64,000 bases of DNA from Monocercomonoides exilis PA203 (lineage: Eukaryota > Protista > Preaxostyla), in NCBI GenBank assembly GCA_001643675.2, contig LSRY02000048.1:62001-126000 (forward strand), read 5' to 3'. Numbering within the stretch: position 1 is the stretch's first letter; the number at the start of each line of letters is the position of its first letter. Below, piece by piece: positions 53,538 through 64,000 of the stretch. The notes beneath the pieces are model-generated. The model was given only the letters and a program-made list of their open reading frames with translations. It had not been told where the DNA came from and searched no databases. The position numbers were made by a program, and so were the translations under genes.

Positions 53538-54877
53538 TTTTTTTCCGAGACCTCTGATCTGAGCGAAAAATTATTGAAAAATCATTTTTTTCCCTGATAT
53601 ATCCCACTAAAAATCAAAGACATAATGATATTTATCGTAATTATTTCTCTTTCAATATATATATAACTTATTTTTTTCAAAAATATGGGAGATAATTTTT
53701 GAAAAATCACCACAGATCAAAAAATTCAATCCATTATTATTTTTGAAAATTAATCACTTTGCAAGTTCAGCCTTCAAAAGCTAATATTCGTAGAACAAAC
53801 TGAATATTCGAACATTAGAATCATATTTATCGTTAATTTGAACAGCTCATTTTTTATTGTATTTTCTGATCAGAATAAATGCGATATTTATTGAAATTGA
53901 CACATGCAAGAAGATATAGATTTTCGAAGAAAAACTGTCCGTTATTCTTTTAAAAAACAAAGTGAAATTTCGAAGCGTGGTAATTTAAGAATGTTTCAGT
54001 TAATTTTAATTTCAAACATTTTCATTTTGAATATTTTAGATGGACTGATTTATTTTCCGTTGAACATTTGTCTTCATCATTTATTTTTATTGCATGCATA
54101 TAAACTGTAATGATGGATTCAAGCCTTTTCCACCAAAAATCTGTGTCTCAAACATGAAAACATACAACAACAAACAAAATAGTTTGAATTCATTAACTTC
54201 TTCTTCATCCTCCTCCTCATCGTCTATTTATTTATTTATGGAGTTTGTGAAGGTTATTTGAGTGGAGCAGGGCCAAGGATTGCAAATAAACAATTTTTTG
54301 AGGAAGCAGAAAGGAAACGAAGAAGAGACAGATGGGTTTTGTTAGCAAAACGGAGCAATATTTGGAGAAGAAGAAGAAAGTTTGAGAAGTATGATTATCA
54401 TTAAAAGAATAGGTTTTTTTGTTATAATTATTTTTAATTTCATCGTTTGTTATTATTTTTGTTGTAATTAGAATATTTTTTAAGGAATATTTACTGCAAA
54501 TATATGCCTATAGAACATGGAAAGAGAGGATGTTAAATGCATTAAAGAAGTCAGAAAATAATTATTGAAGGGGCGCATGGAGGAGTGAGCAGGAGCAAAA
54601 AATAAATGAGGGGGAAAAAAAGATATTTTTTTTTTTTTTTTGAAGGTTTTGGAAGACATATAAGAAGAATCTTGTTAAATGCAAAAAGAGGGAAATAGAA
54701 GTTGATGATATAGCAGAAGAAGAAATTTGGCAAATGATTGAGAAGAAGAAGACAATTAAAAGAAATTTGACTGAAAAAGATGATTTGAATGAAAATGAAG
54801 AAAAAATGAAATGTGGTAATAGAAATTTAAGGAATCTTTGAAGATGGATCAAGAGTAAGAAAAAAAAGAAAGAAAAG

Positions 54878-54950
54878 GAAGAAGAAGAAGAAGAAGAAGA
54901 AGAAGAAGAAGAAGAAGAAGAAGAAGAAGAAGAAGAAGAAGAAGAAGAAG
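54878..54950. repeat. (GAA)n microsatellite
   Basis: Directly visible. Confidence 0.95.
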
Positions 54951-54959
54951 GATATTGTG

Positions 54960-57740
54960 ATGGACGTAATAACTCCGATGAAAATGAAGGAGGAGGAATG
55001 GAAGGATCGATTATGCCCGATGCACCCCCAAAGGACAGCCGCAAGTTGATGTTTGCAAATTCTTTGCAATTCAGAACTTGTTTGTACTGTGCTGAAGAAG
55101 CAGATACTGCTGATGCATGGCAAGACATTGACTCCTCCTCCTTCGCTCTGTCGTGCCATTGGCTTGCGAAGCAGCTGCACACGCTGCACATTCCCCACCA
55201 GCACCCCATCGTTGATTGCTCCTCCAACCTCGTTCCCTCTTCAATCGCCGCCCTACTACCGACTGCGCATCATCGACACTTTGATTCAGCCCTGCTCCAG
55301 CCGATGCCCACGAAAGCACCTGCACCTGATCAACCAGTGCCGGCAAACCATCTTCACAACTGAGCTGTTCTGTGACAAAAAAAAGAGGAGATCTGCAGTT
55401 AACAGCATCGCACACATCTGGATGCATCAGAAACAGTGTGAAGAAGCCATTGCGCTTACACGCCTCCAGCACAATGCAAACGACTGCACACAGTACAGAG
55501 GCTGTAGGTTCTCATCACCAAAGATACGCAGCAACAGCGCAGGCAGCATCGCTTTCATTCGGAAGCTTCAGGCATCGCATGAAGAAGAAAGTGCACTGGC
55601 ACACCTCCAGAACCTATGAAAACAACGACAGACAGCAACCAAACAACCAGCAAGCAAACCGGAAGATCAGCAGCAACAGTGTAGGCAGTTTTCGCAGATG
55701 ATAAATATCGAAGAAACTCCACATCATCGTTCGCGATGACTCAACTAGCCACACCCGATGACGAAGACGAACACGAAGAAGTCAATGCATTTTTTTAACA
55801 TTTGACATCACAGAATTTTTTCTCCTTTTTCCGCATCGCTGCTTCTGAACGATAGAAGTCCAGCAAATTCTCCAAAAACACAGATAACTCTTCCTTTCAT
55901 TTCTCCAACTGCAGCCCCTCAAACTCCCCAAAAAACATCTTGATCTTCTTTTCCTACGCCGCTTCAAGCACCGTGTTGATGCACTTCCGGCACATCCGGA
56001 ACGACACCATCAGGAAGTTCTCGCTCTTCTCCATCGGCTGCTGCGGCAGCACCCCTTCAAACAGCACCGTGTTGCAGTACAGGAAGAACGACAGCTCGTC
56101 TCCCGTGAACTCCTCCCGCACAAACTTTTCAAACAGCCATACCTCCGCAAAGTCCTTCTAGAACAGCTCCACCCCTTAGACAATCGTCCACCGCTCCACC
56201 TCACTTTTCTTCAGCACCACGTGCTTCTCCCCCAGCTACATGTACACAAAGTCCCCAAACCCGTGCATCCGAGCCCCCACCTCTACCCACACAGCACTGC
56301 AATCGCTCAAATCTCCCAATATCTTTTCTCCATATATTCCCTGGACAGTCTTCAGCGTCCACACCAGTATCTGTAGCAGTCCAGTCTTCAGCGGTGTCTT
56401 CAGCCGCTCCATCCGCACAGACAACCGCAGTATGGGTAGCATCCGAAGCACGTTCACAGTTTCGGACGCAACCTGTTACAGCAACAAAGACACTGCGCTG
56501 ATCAGACGCTCCATCATCTCTTCTTTTAATGACTTCATTTTCTTCTGCACCTGCTAATTTCAAACGCAAGCTCCATCTGCTGCTTTGCAATAACCTTCTT
56601 GAACTGAGCCTTCTGTACGCATATCGTCTGCTCCTGCGTCATTACATCGAAGTCAGCATCTTCGTTTCCTTCATCATTTTGCTAATCTTCTACCGTTCAG
56701 TTGCTTCTACTCTTCCCTCGCAAAAGCGTTCTTTCTCCCACCGCTGCTCACTTCTCCCGCAACACTCATCTTGCTCCAAACAATCACAACAATATCATTT
56801 CAAATGGTTTCCAGCCCAAGCAAAAAAGTGCTGCCATCCCCGATGTTCGCTGCAAACTTCTCGTAGCACTTTGTTCACAGATCAAACAGCAGAATTAATG
56901 AAAACGAAAACGGAACCTCCCCGCGACATACAAAAGCCAGCGAAGATGGCATGGAAAGCAGAAACCACAAGTTCGCCAGCTTTGTCTCGCTTTCACCACT
57001 CACCCGCGCTCCCCACTGTATTCAGCGCTTATTCACCTTCTCAGTCCCTATATCCATGGGCTCCTCTTTCTCCTTCATCATTGACAGCTACTCATGCAGC
57101 TCCTTCACCACTGCGTTGAACTTCTGGCTTGGTTACAAAATCTTCATCTTTTTCATCCGGACTATTTGGTCCTTCTCAAGCAGATGTTCGACCAGCCAGC
57201 TCATCTGCATCGATATCTCCTCATTACATCGGAAGTTTTGCAGCAGCGTGAAAAATTCCGAATTCATTTTCTCCTTCCTCCGGCACTGCAAGTACAATTG
57301 TTGCAGACTTCAAAACTTCACAATCCATTCCCAACCCCTCCACCTCCAGCACCTTCACATCCTCCTCTCCTCTTCTTTATTCACTGCAACCCTTCGCCTC
57401 ATCACTTCGTCAAACAGCTTCGCCTCTGCAAGCAACTGAAACAGTGTAACTGGCGTAACAAAAAGCATTGAAGAAAGCGCACAATATAACCACTCTGCGC
57501 CTGCAGCACTCTCAGAAACAGCTTCTTGTGTTTTCATCCACTTCAGCTGCATCAAGCACCACAATCCTCTGCTGTCTCTCGATTCAGTTCATTGATTCTA
57601 TCGATGTGAATTCCAATGTCTCCGAGGCATCCGAAGGGTTAATGGCAGGAGCAGATGATTATCCTGATGAATGCACAAACACATCAAGAACCTTGATCTC
57701 TCCGCTTTTTCGCCTTCATGATGACAAAGCTGATCTATGA
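54960..57740 (-). pseudogene. GC-rich gene remnant(s) inside element B
   Basis: Broken minus-strand frames (55071..55472, 56236..56457, 57355..57564); partly homologous to element A cargo. Confidence 0.55.
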
Positions 57741-58461
57741 TCTGCACGTATTGAAGAAGATGATAAAAGTTTTATAAAAATGAAGAATTCACCAGCTATA
57801 TGAATGATAAGAGATGAAAAAACAAATAATTCATTCTCACTTCCTTTTCTGTATTTATCTCTTATATAAATAATAATTTTTGTATCATTTATTAATTCTT
57901 TTTTGTTTTTGCTTAAATGAACAATAATCTTCTTATGCTTTTCAATAAACATGTAAATGAGTTCTTTCTAAATTATAGTTGAGTATTTTAGGATTCATTG
58001 AAAGTGAAAAAGTCGAAAAATTGTTAATTCAAACATTTTTAAATCTCCAGATATAAAGTAATTATAAAATTAATTCTTTTACGAATTAGATTTTATTAAT
58101 AATAATTGTTATAACTCAAATATAATTTAAGTGAAACTCGTTTCATTGAAAAAGTTACAAATGAAAATTTATGTTGAATTCGTTGTAGGTCAATAACACG
58201 AAAAAATACGAATGAACTTAAGTTTTTGTGTTCATCAGTTAGTGTTAACAAAGAATTTTGTAAATAATAAGACGTCAAACTCTTCCAAAGAGAAAAATAG
58301 AGTGCATAAATTATTTCTGAATTAATTACGGTTAACAAAAATAAAATTCTGATTTTTTGTGAGATAGATCAGGCTAAAAAAAAGTGATTTTTCAAAAATT
58401 TTCACCCATATATATTTGACATTTTTCTTGAAACGATTCTGATCGTTGAAATCCTCTATAT

Positions 58462-58714
58462 GAATCATTCTTTTTGAAAAGTTACATATGTATAATTTTT
58501 GGGTTTGAAAAAAGTGTTCATTATTTGATCATTTTTTGCTTGAAATGCTGAAAACTTTGAAACATATTCAATGAGGATTCACAAACCTATTTGATGAGAG
58601 AAAAAGTGCATGTTGGAGAAATCTGATTGATTAATCACAAAAAATAATCAAATAAGGAACATTTTTATTTACCCCCAAAATATATCATTTGCGACTTTTC
58701 AAAAAGAATGACCC
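58462..58714. mobile_element. Sola-like MITE (253 bp, ATAT TSD)
   Basis: ATAT|GAATCATTCTTTTTGAAAAGT ... ACTTTTCAAAAAGAATGACCC|ATAT. Confidence 0.7.
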
Positions 58715-59849
58715 ATATATTACAGTTATTGATATTTATTTGTATATTTAACGATATTAAAACTTCAAAGAATTTTCAATGAATATTTCTATGTTCTTAT
58801 TCAGTTATATGAGTTCAGTGTATCTTTCATTTGAAAAATTACAACACTTAAAAAAGCCTGAATGATATTATAATAAATAGGTTTTAATAGAACTTCATAT
58901 ATGAAGATTTTGAAATATATAGTCTTTCAATTTTTCGAGTATTTCATATTTTATGAAATCAAAAGCGAGCTATTCGGATTTGAAGAAGAAATAAATTTCT
59001 TTTATGACAAAATACTGGTGAAGATCAATGAAAATGAAAAATAGTGTAAAAATTATTATTTATGAGAAGTTGTATTTTTTTATTTGTGTGATAATTTTTA
59101 AAACCATATTTTTTCCGTCAAAAATTTTGGTTTTAATATTCGAAATAAATATCCTTTAATGAACACTGAAAACTGAAAGATCAAATAAATAATTCCTACA
59201 ATTTTTTTTGAGAAAAATTATGGCTTTTGAAACAATAAATAAACATTATTTATAAGAATGAATATTATTCAACTGATGATAATGAATATTCATATTTTTA
59301 AACACTCCAAAAAAAGTAATGATTTCAAAAATAATCATTCATATTTGTGAGATAATAAAAAATAAGATAAAGAAAATGAACAATGAATGGATTTCCTTTC
59401 TTTCTTTATTTAAAAGACATTTGTCCATTTTCTATATTCCAAGTTTTTTCAAATATTCAACATATTTCACACTCTTTCCTTCTTCTTTCCAGAAGCGAAA
59501 AGCGAATGGAAGAATACGCAAGTGGGTAATTCTTTTTGAAAAATCGTAAGTGTCAAATTTTCAAATAAATCAAAAATTTCATTCTTTGCTCAAATTTTTT
59601 GATTCTTCTCACGAATCTTAGTAAAAAAATGTTTGAAATGGCATTATCAAGGTATTGATTCCATGTTAGTGAAGTTTGGTTTGTTGTTAACAAAATTTTG
59701 AGCAAAATATGAAATTTTTGATCTATTAGAAAATTTAACACTCACAATTATTCAAAAAGAATTTCTCAAGAGGATAAAAAGTTATCACTTTCATCATTAA
59801 ACGTGTATGTGTATAATCCTTCTGGTGCATCAGTTTTAGTGGATTGATA

Positions 59850-60600
59850 CACGCAGAAAGCAGCGATGGAAGAAATCGAGAATGGAATGCTGATTGCGAT
59901 GTCTGAGGCACCTGAGGCGTAATTAATTCTAAAGATATCTTTATCGAGAGCGCTGTGAATGTTGCTGGGATATGTCGCAGCGCGGCTGGTGGTGCTGCAT
60001 AGATGTGTTTATTTAAAGGACGATATGGTGCTTTCGGAGATGCTTTCAGTTCCGCTGGTGGTGCTGCTTTCGTAGCTAGTGGAGAAGGTTGGAGCAAAGT
60101 CTGAGAAATGGCACAAAAGGAACAAGAAGTTACTGTGCAAAGGATGAAGGATGGCGGATGGTCGATGTGGTTCTATTATTGATAGCAATTGTGCTGGCTG
60201 TGCTGGAGGAACTGAAAGTGGCAGAGGAAGGAAAATCGAAAAAAAAAGAGGAAAATGAACATGTGAAGTGGTTGGAGAATGGCAAGAGAAGGAGTTGAAG
60301 TGGATGGGCTGGCTGGTGGAGTAGTTGCAGGAGAAGAACAAGATTATACGGACAAATTAGAGGATGATTCTACAGCTGAGCGAGAAGCACAACCCAAATG
60401 TGGAGGAAGTGAAGATTGTGAAGATTGTGAAGATTGTGAAGGAGATGAAGCAGGTGAAGAAGAAGGAATGCTGGGTTCAGCAAGGAGGAGTGGTGAGTGT
60501 GGAAGGAAAGTGGAAACAAGTTGGTCAGTGGTTTCAATTGATATATTTTCTTCATTAATTTGTGCGTATAATGGGATGGTTCCATTTTTGACTATGTTTA
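59850..60600 (+). pseudogene. Decayed paralogue of element A cargo, inverted
   Basis: DMVLSEMLSVPLV here vs DVVLSEMLSVPLV at ~40230 on the minus strand; nucleotide similarity over ~400 bp. Confidence 0.65.
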
Positions 60601-61390
60601 TTCTGCCTTCGGGACAATGTGAAAAGAACCAGGAGAAATTTTCTGCGAGTATCTTTGGTTGTAAACGCTGAGTATTAAACAGATGCAGTGTGTTATTCAA
60701 TGCATTATGCTATCTTAAAATTATATATCGATCCCCCTATTGTTAAGAATGATTCGAATTCTGAGAATAAATAATTCTCAATCGTCTAAATATTAGTTGA
60801 ATTTATATGGACTTAAAGTGCTCCTCCTTGTTGAGTTGTGCGCTCAATTTATTCTCAGATTTAAAAGGATTAGCTTTCTGCTGTGTTTATTAGCTCTTTT
60901 TTCTGTTGATCATTCAATTTTTTCTATTGATTGAATAAAAGCCAACTTCGATAAATAGATACAAATTTTGTTGAAAAAATTATCAAACAAAAATTCTGGA
61001 GATATTCAAAAATCTTTCAAAAAAACAGAAATATTTGTGAAAAGCCAATATGACAAGGAAGATAATTCAATTGCTAAATACAAAATAAACATCTGTTTAA
61101 AGTTAAAATACAAAAACCGTTTTATATTGAGTAATAATTCGAAATATCCTTTTTTTGTTCGACAAATCCATCACCTTACTGAGGTTCAAAAGATTGTTTG
61201 AAAATAAAACGATTTTTTATCTTCGGAAAAGTGATAATTGAATAAATGCAAAATAAATTTGATCAATGAATGTGACAAAAACAGATATTATCAAGATATT
61301 GGATACGGTCTGTTATATGAATTCACGCTCTAATAATCATCTCGAATCAATGCATTTGAATCATGGTTGTTGGAAAATGATAACAAAAAC

Positions 61391-61446
61391 AAAATAATAA
61401 TGGATTGATTTTTTGATCAGTGGTGATTTTGCATAATTTTTCACTC
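61391..61446 (-). repeat. Left-type end of a third long Sola-like element (C), inverted
   Basis: Reverse complement ATAT|GAGTGAAAAATTATGCAAAATCACCACTGATCAAAAAATCAATCCATTATTATTTT matches the 53687 and 36379 ends; partner end not found. Confidence 0.7.
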
Positions 61447-62164
61447 ATATTTTTTCATTATCTTCGAAAAAAACAAATCACTTTTTATTTTTTAGAAAAT
61501 TTAAAAAAATCAAAATAATTCAGTATGAACCTGTTAGATTTTTTGATTTATTGGCATATGCTTTTTTTCTTTAAACATGCGTAACAATAACACTCACGGA
61601 AGAGAGAAAAAATGATAATGTGTTTTTATTAATTAACAATAAATGAAAATACAATTTTTCAATGATTCATTTCTGATGAGATTTTTCTGAAACTTTATTA
61701 AATATTAGAGCTTTTCATCAATGAAATATTATGTGTATCAAATTGATAAAAGAAGCACACAGACATAAAAAAAAAACGAAAAAGGGGAGGAGAAGAAGGA
61801 GGATAATGGAAAGAGAGAAAGATGTCAATGAAAAAAATGAAGAAAAAAAGAGTGAAGTTAAATAGGCCAAAAGAAAGAAGAAGATAAAATTGTGTTCATG
61901 CACAGCTCTTCATCACACACAAATCAATTTACCAACTTTATCTCGACTGCTTTTTATTGTTTTCAGATAATCACCCCTGACTCCAAAAAATGCCTCTGCA
62001 CAAATGCTAAGCTGCATCTTCTGCTTTATCACATTCACTGCCCATTGCTTAAAAAGCACGTGTTTCTCCCGCGCCTCGGCAAAAAGAATCACAAAACACA
62101 CAAAGTATAGTGCAATCCTGTGAACTCAATTGATCAGCTATATCTGAGTCACTTTATTCCATTT

Positions 62165-62420
62165 GGGTGATAATTTTTGAAATCATAGGTTTTCAGTGAA
62201 AATTGTCAGATCGAAAAAATATCTTTTAATTCGTTGAAAATGAATAATGAATATTTACTAAGTTAAACAAAGACTCCACAGTCTTTCTTTTAAATAAACG
62301 TATGTTTTTCAAACAATAAAACACCATTCAATATTTGAATGACAAATATTTAGCTCATAACAAATACACTCAAGAAACTCAGACCCCGAAAAAAAAATAT
62401 GATTTCAAAAATTATCACCC
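62165..62420. mobile_element. Sola-like MITE (256 bp, ATTT TSD)
   Basis: Perfect 23-bp TIR GGGTGATAATTTTTGAAATCATA, with ATTT on both sides. Confidence 0.85.
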
Positions 62421-63479
62421 ATTTACAATCTCAAAAGCAATCATCTCTTTTCGTTATCTTCTATGAAATAAAGAAAAATCAATTCGTCAACCATAATTTC
62501 CTTAAATTTCATTTTTTTTCATTATCTTTTTCAACATTTTCTTCTTCAAATATATTGCCCTCTTTCGTTTCTCCCAAAATTTCTATTTATTTGTTAATCT
62601 TTATTGAATCTAATTCGCACTGCTCACGGAATAGTCAGTAATTTTGAATTTGTTTTCGAATCACAATGATTAAAGCACAGCTGCCTAACGACCTTGAGAG
62701 CGAAGTTTGTAAGAGGAGTTAAACGGAAATGAATAGGATTAAGAGAAAAATAAAAGAAAATTTCCACATGAATGTGAAGAAACTGGATTAACTTTTTTTT
62801 CTGCAATGACTACTCAAAGCAGAAGGAATATAGAAAGAAATATGGGCAAACAAAAAAGAGAGGAAACGAAAACGGTTTCAACCTCAAAATGAGTCGCCTT
62901 TGTAGAAAATAATAAAGATTCAATGAGAGCAAAAGCAAAATCGATGTTTATTTTCGTTTATAACCAGAAAAAATAATAACTTCTGAAAATCACGAAGTCA
63001 ACGAAAGAGAATAAGAAAAGAATGATCAAAAAGCAAAAGAAAAAACAATATTTTGAAGGAAGAAAGGAAGCGGCATTGGAAAAATGTGAAGATTGAAAAA
63101 AGAATTGATGATAAAAAATATAATTAACTTTTATTTAGGGTGATTTATAAACCCGAACTTTTTTTTAAATTTTGATTTGAAATAAAAGATTTTTTTTATC
63201 AAGCAATTATGTTTTAATTTTGAAAATTGAAATGATTAATAATAAACATAATCAACAAGTTCTCTTCATTATTTTTCTGGTATTTTTATGCTTTGATTCA
63301 TCGTCCAGAACATCATCATTCAAAATGTGGGATTTGCGAAATCTTCTTTTTTGGGGCTTTTCAGCTGCGAAAATAATTTTTTCTTCATTTTCGTTTTTGT
63401 TTTGTTTTCTTTTCTTTTCATTTTTTCTTTTATTTTCTTCACTTTTTTCCATTCTTCAAGAAATTTTTGTTCAGTAATA

Positions 63480-64000
63480 ATTTTTCCAAAAAAATCAAAC
63501 CTGCGTGTTCTCTTTTTCAGTGTCACCGAATGTTCATTTGGAAGTGTTGATAAAACTGAATGCCACTCGCTTGAAAGCACGCCGCTTTTCTTGAACGAAA
63601 AAACAACAGTTGCATGAAGTGAAGCTGTTTGAAGAGCTTGTGGAGAACGTTGGAAATGGCCTCACGTCGAAGAGAAATGGAAGAATCTGGAGGCACAGAG
63701 TACAGAGAGTTGATGCTTTTTTTTGAAGACAGCAAACACACCACGATCAAGAAGTTGTGTGATGTGTGAACTGTGAGGAATAAAAGTGACGATGTCAATG
63801 TTGTTGTAAGCAAATTTCTGCCATACGTCAGGCCGAGCAGTAGAATAATGAGAATCCAAAAGAAGAAAACATCTCCCGTTCGTTTTCATTAATATTTTTT
63901 TTCTTTCGATAATTCCAGTTAATAAAACCTCTTCTGCAAATCTTTTTAAATTGCATTCTGTCATCCATCCATCGTTGTTTTCCCAAACATCAATGTGTGC
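63480..64000 (-). pseudogene. pogo/Fot1-type (DDE_1) transposase, 3' part; runs off the window
   Basis: GWMT, FLLLDSH and FIPHSSHITQLLDRGVF motifs; frameshift near 63715. Confidence 0.85.

Larger units (their letters stand above)
53687..58407. mobile_element. Sola-like non-autonomous element B (4.7 kb) with cargo
   Basis: ATAT|GGGAGATAATTTTTGAAAAATCAC ... GTGATTTTTCAAAAATTTTCACCC|ATAT (22/24 match). Confidence 0.75.

Noticed and set aside
53687-61446. A single 7.8-kb element bounded by the ~57-bp inverted match of 53687 and 61446
   Set aside because: Not excluded, but 53687 already pairs with 58407 in the same asymmetric way as element A, and cargo orientation favours two oppositely oriented elements.

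Overview
AT-rich eukaryotic DNA, not bacterial: it has spliceosomal-type introns, microsatellites and a Pol III tRNA followed by a poly-T terminator. Composition and the Cys-rich 'CG..PCATI..A' gene family suggest an oxymonad/metamonad protist (Monocercomonoides-like); this is an inference. The window is a dense DNA-transposon graveyard with no clearly intact protein gene. It holds decayed transposases of four groups (pogo/DDE_1 x2, Merlin/IS1595 x2, ISL2EU/IS5-like DDE_Tnp_4 x2, hAT x1), a 7.3-kb long-TIR Mutator-like element, a Sola-like GRG/AWWT family (two complete ~5-kb members, one partial member, five MITEs) and further TIR elements. Most GC-richer host-like gene fragments lie between paired TIRs ('Pack'-type capture), including two Merlin elements that each carry a transposase plus convergent cargo. 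Four divergent USP/peptidase-C19 deubiquitinase domains occur inside or next to the elements. A tRNA-Glu(UUC) gene is present twice because of a near-identical 1.6-kb duplication whose second copy is split by 8.5 kb of elements at a (TA)n tract. All alignments and motif calls were made by eye.
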